Source: Patescibacteria group bacterium | GTDB taxonomy: Bacteria; Patescibacteriota; Patescibacteriia; UBA2591; UBA4787 | Direction of reading: 5' to 3' | Assembly (NCBI GenBank): GCA_028715115.1 | Contig: JAQUSN010000002.1 | Coordinates: forward strand, 68,944 to 132,943 | Length of the DNA stretch: 64,000 nucleotides | Shown: one piece after another, positions 1 through 8,234 of the stretch | Layout: each line of letters opens with the position of its first letter | Numbering within the stretch: the stretch's first letter is position 1 | Program-made: the position numbers and the translations under genes | Notes under the pieces: model-generated | Databases searched by the model: none | What the model saw: only the letters and a program-made list of their open reading frames with translations | What the model was told of the DNA's origin: nothing

Positions 1-1
1 T

Positions 2-127
2 GGCCAAAATGTTATGGTCAATGGCACGGCCAATTCCGATGGTAGCGTTAGCGCTGCTTCAGTCCAAATTAGGCCAACTACATTTCAGACGCCAGGAGGG
101 GACAGCCCTGTTATGCCGTCACAATAA
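2..127 (+). CDS. 3' end of a gene truncated by the window edge (DUF5666-like C-terminus)
   Basis: Frame from nt 2 reads GQNVMVNGTANSDGSVSAASVQIRP...SQ*, with TAA at 125-127 and a terminator after it. Confidence 0.6.
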   Translation, partial: GQNVMVNGTANSDGSVSAASVQIRPTTFQTPGGDSPVMPSQ

Positions 128-154
128 TCAACTCAACCGTAAATTAGTTAAAAT

Positions 155-187
155 CAAAAAGACGTTCCCGAGCGAAACGTCTTTTTG
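155..187. terminator. bidirectional intrinsic terminator
   Basis: CAAAAAGACGTT...AACGTCTTTTTG inverted repeat between convergent genes. Confidence 0.8.
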
Positions 188-196
188 CTAATAAGA

Positions 197-1786
197 TTAT
201 TTGACGTTTTTAATAAGATATGTTTGTCTTAGTTGATAGCCAATTCGGCGATAATAATTTCTCACGCCCACGCCGGAAATGACAGCGATTTTTTTATAAC
301 CGGCCTGCCTGGCTAATTTTTCCGCTTCCAGAATTAATTTTTTTCCTAAACCGATGTGTTGAGCAACTTTTTTCTTTTGGCCGATAGGCACCATTTCGCC
401 ATAAGTATGAAGCTCGCGAATAAGAGCTGCGCCGTTTAAGGCGGAAAACGGTGACCTAAACCGCTGGGGTAATCTTAGACGCAAAAAGGCGAGCAATTTA
501 TTTTTATTTTCAAATGATAGGAATATTTCCTGGCCGCCGCTGGCCGAGTAGGTGATTTTTTTTAGTTTAATGTTGCCGATTTTAAATTTTATATCTTTTA
601 TTTCTCGGCAGCGAAGGCAACGGCAAGATAGTCCTGATTTTTTCATTTCTTTTTGTATTACTTCGCGTAAATTAGAAATACGGCTGCCGCTTTCAATTTT
701 AGAAGAAGGGATGTCGCGAATAATGCGAGTTATTCTAACATATGGCGGAATGGTCGATTTTATTTGTGTTAATAGTTTTATTAATTGTTGATTTTGATAA
801 GGCCGATATTTTTTATTTTGCCATAGTTTATAAAGCGGAGAACCTTTAGTTACTACGCATGGATAGATTTTAAGCATATCAGGTTGAAAGTTTGGCAAAG
901 AAAATAATTTTTTAAACATAATCAAATCTTTCTTGACAGTAGCGCCGAACATGCCAGGCATGATATGGTAGCAGACTTTAAACCCAGTATCTTTTAATAA
1001 TTCAGTGGCTTTAATAGTTTCATTAATACTATGTCCGCGTTGATTTTGTTTTAGAATTTTATCGTCGATGTTTTGTACGCCCAATTCAACGCGCGTGCAG
1101 CCAAGCTCGCGCATTTTTTTTATTTCTTGGGCGTTGATATAGTCGGGCCGTGTTTCCAAGGTAATGCCAATTATTCGATGTTCTCCTTTTTCGTTTAGTT
1201 TTTGCGCTTGATTTAAATTTTTTGAAACCTTTCGATTGGCTCCATCAAAGCATCTTTTAATAAACCAAGTTTGATATTTAGTCGGTAGATATGACCAGGT
1301 TCCGCCGATCACGATTAATTCTATTTTATCGGTCGGGTGGCCGTTTTTTGCCAAAACTTCAATTCTTTTTTTAACTTGCCAAAAAGGATCGAAAGACAAT
1401 TTTTTTGCCCTTTCTACTGCGGGTTCGCCAGATAAATAACTTTTGGGGATTCCTTTCTCGGTGGGGCAGTATAAACAATGATGCGGGCAGGACAAGGATT
1501 GCTCCGTCCCGAACGGGCGGGGTGAAGTTAATACGGAAACAACGGCTACGCCGGAAAGCGAGCGGATCGGCCGTTTTTTTAATTTTTTTTCAAAGTAATA
1601 ATTTGGCGATAAATTTTCTTTTTCTTTTAATTCACGATAGATGCTTAAAATAGTTGTATTGTTCGGTGGTTGAATTTTAGTCTGGCTGATTAGTTTTTTC
1701 TTTAAATTTAAAAATTGCTCGCTATTTTTAATATTTTTTTGAGCGAGCTCGCTGACAAAATCATTAAGTTGGTTATTCTTGGTCAT
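197..1786 (-). CDS. elp3: Elp3-family tRNA uridine(34) acetyltransferase (radical SAM + KAT)
   Basis: R-S-L-S-G-V-A-V, CPxxCLYCP, PKSY, ETRPD, CRCLRCRE, YSASGGxEIFLS, RELHTYG, QHIGLG, ISGVGVRNYY. Confidence 0.95.
   Translation of the reverse strand: MTKNNQLNDFVSELAQKNIKNSEQFLNLKKKLISQTKIQPPNNTTILSIYRELKEKENLSPNYYFEKKLKKRPIRSLSGVAVVSVLTSPRPFGTEQSLSCPHHCLYCPTEKGIPKSYLSGEPAVERAKKLSFDPFWQVKKRIEVLAKNGHPTDKIELIVIGGTWSYLPTKYQTWFIKRCFDGANRKVSKNLNQAQKLNEKGEHRIIGITLETRPDYINAQEIKKMRELGCTRVELGVQNIDDKILKQNQRGHSINETIKATELLKDTGFKVCYHIMPGMFGATVKKDLIMFKKLFSLPNFQPDMLKIYPCVVTKGSPLYKLWQNKKYRPYQNQQLIKLLTQIKSTIPPYVRITRIIRDIPSSKIESGSRISNLREVIQKEMKKSGLSCRCLRCREIKDIKFKIGNIKLKKITYSASGGQEIFLSFENKNKLLAFLRLRLPQRFRSPFSALNGAALIRELHTYGEMVPIGQKKKVAQHIGLGKKLILEAEKLARQAGYKKIAVISGVGVRNYYRRIGYQLRQTYLIKNVK
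1502..1525 (-). repeat. palindromic element inserted in frame in elp3
   Basis: Minus strand TCA-CCCCGCCC-GTTCG-GGACGGAG encodes SPRPFGTE between LT and xxxxCP. Confidence 0.6.
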
Positions 1787-1792
1787 TTTTAA

Positions 1793-1820
1793 AGTATAGC
1801 GTTAATTTCGATTTTTTCAA
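1793..1820 (-). promoter_or_regulatory. putative sigma70 promoter of elp3 (leaderless)
   Basis: TTGAAA-N16-TATACT on the minus strand, 6 nt before ATG. Confidence 0.5.
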
Positions 1821-1853
1821 CCCCCACACCAAAATTTTTTGCGTGGGAGTGAA
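1821..1853. repeat. REP-like palindrome
   Basis: CCCCCACACCAAAATTTTTTGCGTGGGAG-TGAA. Confidence 0.6.
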
Positions 1854-1862
1854 GATAACTAT

Positions 1863-1890
1863 TTGATTTTGTTTAATCTTACGCTATAAT
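1863..1890 (+). promoter_or_regulatory. putative sigma70 promoter (near-leaderless)
   Basis: TTGATT-N16-TATAAT, 8 nt before ATG 1899. Confidence 0.55.
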
Positions 1891-1898
1891 AATGTAAT

Positions 1899-2654
1899 AT
1901 GAAACAAGCCAAGGCTGAACAAATTATTAAGGAGACCAAAGAAAACTATAATGCGTTGGCCCGCGACTTTTCTAATACTCGAGCTTTTCTCTGGAAAGAA
2001 TTTCAAGATTTATTAGTTTATATTAAGAATGGCGACAGGGTTTTAGATTTAGGCTGCGGCAATGGTCGATTGGCCGAACTTTTTAAAAATCGACCGGTTG
2101 AATATGTCGGTGTTGATAATTCAGAAGAATTGATATCTTTGGCTAAAAAAAATCAGCCGGTTAAAATGTTAAAAGAGCCAAAGTTCTTCGTAGCCGACGC
2201 TCTTAATCTGCCCTTTCGTCCATCGGATTTTAACGAAATTTTTTCCACGGCGGTGCTACATCATATTCCTTCTTACAAATTACGCTTAAAATTTTTACAG
2301 GATTGTTATAGTTATCTTAAACCGGGCGGATATCTACTTTTAACGGTTTGGAATTTTTATCAACCAAGATTATTAATGAAATATAAAATTTGGTCAATTA
2401 TTTTCGGTTTTCATAAAAGAGAATTTGACCGCGGCGACGTGGTTGTCCCTTGGAAAATGCCAATTGTCAGCAAGGGAGAAAAACTAAAATTTAAAATTTT
2501 TGAACGATATTATCATGCCTTTACCGAAGGTGAATTACAACGCCTGGTTTCAGCAGCCGGTTTCCAGGTAATTGACCATTATTATGTTTGTAAGGGCAAA
2601 AAGACAAATTGGATTAAGGGATTTAATTTAGTTTTAATTGCTCAAAAGCAATAA
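1899..2654 (+). CDS. class I SAM methyltransferase, Trm9/ALKBH8-like
   Basis: YxxxAxDFSNTR..W, DLGCGNG, AVLHHI, LKPGG..VW, DxxVPW, RYYHAF..EL. Confidence 0.85.
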   Translation: MKQAKAEQIIKETKENYNALARDFSNTRAFLWKEFQDLLVYIKNGDRVLDLGCGNGRLAELFKNRPVEYVGVDNSEELISLAKKNQPVKMLKEPKFFVADALNLPFRPSDFNEIFSTAVLHHIPSYKLRLKFLQDCYSYLKPGGYLLLTVWNFYQPRLLMKYKIWSIIFGFHKREFDRGDVVVPWKMPIVSKGEKLKFKIFERYYHAFTEGELQRLVSAAGFQVIDHYYVCKGKKTNWIKGFNLVLIAQKQ

Positions 2655-2662
2655 TATTTTTG

Positions 2663-2736
2663 GTTATCCCGTAAAAGCCGACTGCTATCGGCTCACGGGA
2701 TACTCAAATTTGTAACGAAATTTACATCGTTACAAA
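2663..2736. repeat. two tandem hairpins
   Basis: TATCCCGT..AGCCGA-CTGCTA-TCGGCT..ACGGGATA and TTTGTAACGA-N8-TCGTTACAAA. Confidence 0.7.
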
Positions 2737-2764
2737 ATAACTCGTAAATTTTGACAAATTTGGT

Positions 2765-3577
2765 ATGATTGGAATTTTTGACTCTGGAATTGGCGGTTTG
2801 ACCGTGGTTAAAAAATTTTTCGATTGGTTTGATAAAGATAATTTATCTTATCGACTTTTGTATTTTGGTGATACGGCCAGAACTCCGTACGGCAACCGAG
2901 GGGAGGAGGTTATAAAACAATACGCGCTTGAAGACGCAAAATTATTAATTGAACGCGGAGCAAAAATAATTGTCATTGCCTGCAATACTGTCTCGGCTAT
3001 AGCAACCGATTATTTAAAAAATAATTTATCAGTACCGGTTTTTGAAGTGGTTAGTCCGGCCGCACAAAAAGCAGTTGCCATTACTCGTCATAATCGCATT
3101 GGTATCTTGGGTACTCGCGCTACGATTAACTCGAAGATTTATGATCATTTAATTAAACAATATGCGGCTAAAGCACACAAAAAAATCGGCGTTTTCGAAA
3201 ATAGCGCCAGCTTGCTGGTGCCGCTAGTAGAAGAAGGCTGGCTTGATACACCTGAAACTAAAAGAATAATTAAAAAATATTTATCGCCATTAAAAGCGGC
3301 TCAAATCGACACTCTTATTTTGGCCTGTACGCATTATCCGTTTTTAATCAAAGAGATTGAGGCCAAATTAAATAAACAAGTAAAATTGGTTGATCCGGCT
3401 CTAGAAGTTGTTTTACAGGTAAAAGAATTTTTAAAAAATAATTCTGCGATAGAACAACAATTAAATCATAAAAGTAAGCATCAATTTTTAGTTTCCGACC
3501 TAACCAATCGCGTGCAAAATTTAGCAGCAAGATGGTTGGGAGAAAAAATTAAATTGGAAAAAGTTAATTTAAAATGA
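2765..3577 (+). CDS. murI: glutamate racemase
   Basis: IGIFDSGIGGLTV, PYG, IACNT, LACTHYP. Confidence 0.95.
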   Translation: MIGIFDSGIGGLTVVKKFFDWFDKDNLSYRLLYFGDTARTPYGNRGEEVIKQYALEDAKLLIERGAKIIVIACNTVSAIATDYLKNNLSVPVFEVVSPAAQKAVAITRHNRIGILGTRATINSKIYDHLIKQYAAKAHKKIGVFENSASLLVPLVEEGWLDTPETKRIIKKYLSPLKAAQIDTLILACTHYPFLIKEIEAKLNKQVKLVDPALEVVLQVKEFLKNNSAIEQQLNHKSKHQFLVSDLTNRVQNLAARWLGEKIKLEKVNLK

Positions 3578-3972
3578 TTTTAAGTATTGATCACGGTACA
3601 AAATATATCGGATTAGCCATTGCGGACGAAAAAATTAGGATTGCTCATCCGCGAGGATTTTTGTTAAATAAAAATTATGAATATGTTTTGGCGGAAATAA
3701 AAAATATAATCACCGAACAAAAAATATCATTAATTGTGGTCGGACAACCCCTTGGCTTGTCTGGCCAGGCGACAGAGCAAACTAAATTGGCCAACAAATT
3801 CATTGAACAACTAAGGAACGATCTAAACTTGCCCGTTGATATTTTCAATGAAACCATGACCACTAAAATGGCTGGTCAGGTAGGCGGTAAAAAAGAGAAT
3901 AGCAGCGGACACGACGCAGCTGCGGCCATAATTTTACAAGATTATTTAGATAGGCTGGGAAACAAAAATTAA
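3574..3972 (+). CDS. ruvX: RuvX/YqgF pre-16S rRNA nuclease
   Basis: ILSIDHGTKYIGLAI, VVGxP, NETMTT, DAAAAAIILQDYL. Confidence 0.9.
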   Translation: MILSIDHGTKYIGLAIADEKIRIAHPRGFLLNKNYEYVLAEIKNIITEQKISLIVVGQPLGLSGQATEQTKLANKFIEQLRNDLNLPVDIFNETMTTKMAGQVGGKKENSSGHDAAAAIILQDYLDRLGNKN

Positions 3973-3975
3973 TTT

Positions 3976-5118
3976 ATGTTAAATTATTTCGTTATTTTTT
4001 TGGTTAGTTTTTTGACCGGCATAATTTTTACCTGGTTGATTCGCCTTTTGGCAATTAAATTTAAGATTATTGATTGGCCCAAAGCTGACAGCCGCCATAT
4101 TCATCGAGAGGCTACTCCTCTTTTGGGAGGTTTGGCTGTTTTTTTAACCTTTTTCTTAGTTTTGTTCTCCGTTTATTTTAGCTCTGCTTGGCCGGTTAAA
4201 AAAATAGCTCTATTTCAGCCGCTTACCGCTAACATTCATTTAGTTACCCTAAAACAATTGATCGCCATTTTTTTGGCCAGTTGTTTGATAGTTATTGGCG
4301 GTTGGCTGGATGATAAATACCATTTTAAGCCGCGGAAGCAGATAGTTTGGCCGATTTTGGCTACACTCATAGTCATCATTGGTGGCGTAGGTATTAATTA
4401 TTTAAATAATCCGTTTGGTGAGGGTTATCTGTATTTAAATCACTGGCAAATAGAAATTTTTAAAATTAATGGCGTGCCATTTTATTTTACGCCCCTGGCT
4501 GATATTTTTACTTTTATTTGGTTGATGTTGGTTATGTATTCTACAAAGCTGCTTGACGGTTTAGATGGTTTAACGGCCGGTATGGGTCTGATTGGTTCGG
4601 CAGTAATCTTTTGTTTATCAATGCTAACCATTTTCTATCAGCCAGAAATTGCCGTAATGGCTCTAGTGCTTAGCGGAGCTTGTTTAGGATTTTTATTTTT
4701 TAATTTTTATCCAGCTAGAATATTTTTGGGCGAGGGAGGGAGTCTATTGGTCGGATTTCTTCTCGGAACCCTGGCCGTAATTTCAGGAGGAAAAATTGCT
4801 GTTACTTTTTTGGTCTTGGGCGTTCCAATTCTCGATCTGTTATGGGTAGTCGCTCGCAGAGTTTTCCAAGAAAAAAAATCGCCATTTTCAGGCGACCGCA
4901 AGCATCTTCATTTTAGATTACTTGATCTTGGTTTCTCGCATCGCGGTGCGGTAATTTTCATTTGGTTGATTTCTTTGATTTTTGGTCTAGCCTCTTTGTT
5001 TTTAAGAACTAAAGGAAAAATTTTCGTGTTGGTATTTTTTGTTATTTTCATGTCGCTTTTAGCTCTGGTTATAATTTTAAAAGAGAGACGCTTGAAGTTG
5101 AAAAATTATGAAAAATAA
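3976..5118 (+). CDS. MraY/WecA/TagO-family glycosyltransferase 4
   Basis: TPLLGG, GWLDDK, LLDGLDGL, FNFYPARIFLGEGG, HLHFRL; multiple TM segments. Confidence 0.9.
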   Translation: MLNYFVIFLVSFLTGIIFTWLIRLLAIKFKIIDWPKADSRHIHREATPLLGGLAVFLTFFLVLFSVYFSSAWPVKKIALFQPLTANIHLVTLKQLIAIFLASCLIVIGGWLDDKYHFKPRKQIVWPILATLIVIIGGVGINYLNNPFGEGYLYLNHWQIEIFKINGVPFYFTPLADIFTFIWLMLVMYSTKLLDGLDGLTAGMGLIGSAVIFCLSMLTIFYQPEIAVMALVLSGACLGFLFFNFYPARIFLGEGGSLLVGFLLGTLAVISGGKIAVTFLVLGVPILDLLWVVARRVFQEKKSPFSGDRKHLHFRLLDLGFSHRGAVIFIWLISLIFGLASLFLRTKGKIFVLVFFVIFMSLLALVIILKERRLKLKNYEK

Positions 5119-5554
5119 ATGGCATTTAATAATTTTCTTACTAATCACTGCGATAATATTGTTTGTTTTTAATTTCGTCCTTTTTGATAAACAATTTACC
5201 AAGGTTACCATAAATCAGCAGGTGATTAAAGCGGAAACAGTTACCACGTCTTCCGAAATTATCAGGGGCTTATCCGGTCGCCAGTCGTTGGCTGATAACT
5301 CCGGAATGTTATTTGTTTTCCCCAAGGTAGATACTTATGACTTTTGGATGAAAGATATGAAATTTTCGATTGATATTATTTGGATCAACGATGGCCGAAT
5401 TATTGATATTTGGCAAAATGCGCCAATACCTCAAAATAGTCAGCCGGCCCGATATCATCCTCGCGATAAAGCGGGCTATGTTTTAGAGGTTGGGGCCGGA
5501 ACCGTTGAAAAAAATGGCTGGAAAATAGGCGATTTTGTTAAACTGGGTCTTTAG
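5108..5554 (+). CDS. DUF192 family protein
   Basis: GLSGR..L...GMLFVF...FWMKDMKFSIDIIWI, YVLEV.AG. Confidence 0.9.
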   Translation: MKNKWHLIIFLLITAIILFVFNFVLFDKQFTKVTINQQVIKAETVTTSSEIIRGLSGRQSLADNSGMLFVFPKVDTYDFWMKDMKFSIDIIWINDGRIIDIWQNAPIPQNSQPARYHPRDKAGYVLEVGAGTVEKNGWKIGDFVKLGL

Positions 5555-5597
5555 TTTTTCGCTTGCCAAATCCTTTAAAATACTTTAAAATTAATAT

Positions 5598-7163
5598 ATG
5601 TCGACTAATCCACAATCTAGCCACGAATGTCCAGACCACGAAAACGAGGTTATCTCTTTCGGTGAGGCTAATTATCGTAATATGCACCGCCGTTTTGGTA
5701 TTAAAACGCCGGATCGCCGGTCGCATATGTATTTGGTTGGTAAAACCGGAGTTGGTAAATCAACTTTATTAGAAAATACGATTTATCAAGACCTTCAGCT
5801 GGGACATGGCGTGGCCATAGTTGATCCGCATGGTGATTTGGCTGAAAAGGTTTTAGATTTTGTTCCAAGTTGGCGAATTAACGATGTTATTTATTTTAAT
5901 CCGGCTGACGTTGAATGGCCGATTGCTTTTAATATTTTAGAGAGCGTTGATTCGACACATCGACACTTCGTTGCCTCTGGTTTAATCGGCGTTTTTAAAA
6001 AAATCTGGGCTGATTCTTGGGGCCCGCGTTTAGAATATGTTTTGCGTAATGCCATCTTAGCGCTTTTAGAATATCCGGGCAGTACTTTGCTCGGCATTAT
6101 GCGGCTTTTAATCGACAAAGAATTTAGAAAAAAAGTCGTCGGCCGATTAACCGATCCAATAGTTAGATCTTTTTGGGTAGAAGAATATTCTAAGTATCCG
6201 GACAGATTTCAGGCGGAAGCCATCGCGCCGATTCAAAATAAAGTCGGGCAATTTTTATCCATGAACTTGATTCGCAATATCGTCGGCCAGGTAAAATCAA
6301 AAATCGATATTCGCGAAATCATGGATAAAAAGAAAATTCTCATTATGAATTTAGCTAAGGGCAGAATCGGTGAAGATGCATCGTCTTTAATGGGCGCGAT
6401 GATGATTACAAAATTACAAATGGCGGCCATGAGCCGGGTCGATATTGTCGAAAAGGACAGAAAAGATTTTTATCTCTACGTAGATGAATTTCAAAATTTT
6501 GCTACCGAATCATTCGCTAATATTTTATCCGAGGCGCGCAAATATCGTTTAAACCTAATTTTAGCCCATCAGTATATTGAGCAGCTAGACGAAAAGGTGA
6601 GCTCGGCTGTTTTTGGTAATGTGGGCACGTTGGTTTGTTTTCGTGTTGGCGCTGAAGATGCTGAATTTTTAGCCAAAGAGTTTACTCCTCAATTTGATGA
6701 AACCGATTTGGTCAACTTAGATAAGTTCGAGATTTATATTAAACTGATGATTGGCGGCATTACCTCAGAGCCTTTTTCAGCCAATACCTTACCGCCCTTA
6801 GGCAAGCCAGAGAATAATCATGATAAAATCATTCGGGTTTCACGAGAAAAATATGCCGAAAGCAAAAAGGTGGTCGAAGATAAAATCGTTCGTTGGACCG
6901 GCATGGAACCGCCCTCGACCGATCAGGCCAAATTCGAAGCCAAGTGCGAAGGTTGTGGCAATCCGGTTTTAATTCCTTTTATTCCCGACGGTGTTCGCCC
7001 GATTTTCTGTCGCAAATGTTTAAAAAAAATGAGAAAAGAAGATCAAGACAAGGTCGCAGCAGGTAAACAGCCAGATAACCTACCAACTGGTGAACTAAAG
7101 AATCAAACCGGATCTTTAGTACAATCAACTACCTCCGTACAATTAGAAAATAAACAAGAGTAA
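5598..7163 (+). CDS. VirD4/TraG-like coupling ATPase with C-terminal CxxC-x17-CxxC zinc ribbon
   Basis: GKTGVGKS Walker A, DPHGDL, YVDEFQNF, SEARKY, AHQY; CEGC-x17-CRKC. Confidence 0.85.
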   Translation: MSTNPQSSHECPDHENEVISFGEANYRNMHRRFGIKTPDRRSHMYLVGKTGVGKSTLLENTIYQDLQLGHGVAIVDPHGDLAEKVLDFVPSWRINDVIYFNPADVEWPIAFNILESVDSTHRHFVASGLIGVFKKIWADSWGPRLEYVLRNAILALLEYPGSTLLGIMRLLIDKEFRKKVVGRLTDPIVRSFWVEEYSKYPDRFQAEAIAPIQNKVGQFLSMNLIRNIVGQVKSKIDIREIMDKKKILIMNLAKGRIGEDASSLMGAMMITKLQMAAMSRVDIVEKDRKDFYLYVDEFQNFATESFANILSEARKYRLNLILAHQYIEQLDEKVSSAVFGNVGTLVCFRVGAEDAEFLAKEFTPQFDETDLVNLDKFEIYIKLMIGGITSEPFSANTLPPLGKPENNHDKIIRVSREKYAESKKVVEDKIVRWTGMEPPSTDQAKFEAKCEGCGNPVLIPFIPDGVRPIFCRKCLKKMRKEDQDKVAAGKQPDNLPTGELKNQTGSLVQSTTSVQLENKQE

Positions 7164-7184
7164 TAATAAAAAATATAGATCTTT

Positions 7185-8234
7185 ATGGTAAAAAAGTACC
7201 TTATTATTTTTGTCGCTTTTTCCATAGGCCTGGTGGGCTTGATTGTTATTTATCATAAAGTAGGTTTAGTAGATATTTCTACTCAGTTACACAAATTGCA
7301 TCTATGGCAATTATTTTTAGTTTTAGGCACTTCGATTGCCATGATGACTTTAACGATTTGCCGTTGGGGATTGATTTTGATTGATCTGAATCAGAAAAAA
7401 ACCTCTTGGCTGACGATGATTAAGGCGCGGCTTGGAGAATTTGCCTTTAGTTATCTTACGCCGATTGCTTATTTTGGCGGTGAATGGATCAGAGCTTACG
7501 TGATGAATAAAGACAAAAACGTTCCGGTTAGCACCAGTTTGACTTCTATTTTTTTGGATAGAATCTCCGAATTCGTAGCCGCTTTCCTCTTTATTTTTTT
7601 TGGGGCGATAGTCATGGCTATTAGTAGAAGTTTTATTTGGGGAATTTTGATGCTGATTTTTTCGGGAATAATTTTCTCTGGGTTATATTTGGCTATTGTT
7701 TTAGTTGGTTTGGACAAAATTTTAATATTCTTGGTTAACTTTTTAAAACTAAATAAGATTCGTTATAGTTCTAAAAATGCCGGTCAAACGACCATAGGAG
7801 AAAGATTTATTTATTTGGGCGGTCAGGTTAACGATTACTTTAAAAAATCGCGCGCTAAATTTGTTTTCACTACCTTTCTTTCGTTTTTAACTCTTTTGGT
7901 TTGGCTTTGGCAAACCAAGTTGATAATTAATTTTTTGGGCATAGACTTGTCTTGGAGTAAAATATTCATCATTAAAATTTTTCTTGCTACCTCGATGTTT
8001 ATGCCGATTCCGGCAAACCTCGGCTCTTATGAAGGCGCGCACGTGTTGGTCTTTAATATTTTCGGCTTGCCCAGTGACTCGGCCTTGGCCTTAAGTGTCG
8101 TTAATCGAGCCCTGGATTTAGTCTGGATTACGGCTGGAATTTTTATGATCAGTCATTCCTTGACGCAAATTTTAGCCAAAATTCTCCAAGCCATTTCTAA
8201 TTTTAGCAATCGCAATGGGCAGTCAACAAGTTAG
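7185..8234 (+). CDS. lysylphosphatidylglycerol synthase TM-domain (flippase-like) protein
   Basis: RW, YLTP...GGEWIRAY, DR, PANLGSYE; multiple TM segments. Confidence 0.75.
   Translation: MVKKYLIIFVAFSIGLVGLIVIYHKVGLVDISTQLHKLHLWQLFLVLGTSIAMMTLTICRWGLILIDLNQKKTSWLTMIKARLGEFAFSYLTPIAYFGGEWIRAYVMNKDKNVPVSTSLTSIFLDRISEFVAAFLFIFFGAIVMAISRSFIWGILMLIFSGIIFSGLYLAIVLVGLDKILIFLVNFLKLNKIRYSSKNAGQTTIGERFIYLGGQVNDYFKKSRAKFVFTTFLSFLTLLVWLWQTKLIINFLGIDLSWSKIFIIKIFLATSMFMPIPANLGSYEGAHVLVFNIFGLPSDSALALSVVNRALDLVWITAGIFMISHSLTQILAKILQAISNFSNRNGQSTS

Noticed and set aside
9-191. 60-aa ORF from the ORF track
   Set aside because: The frame 2-127 gives a more plausible protein C-terminus, and this ORF runs through the terminator
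530-552. GC-rich SASGG segment in elp3 as a palindromic insert
   Set aside because: YxASGGxEIFLS is a normal conserved Elp3 motif
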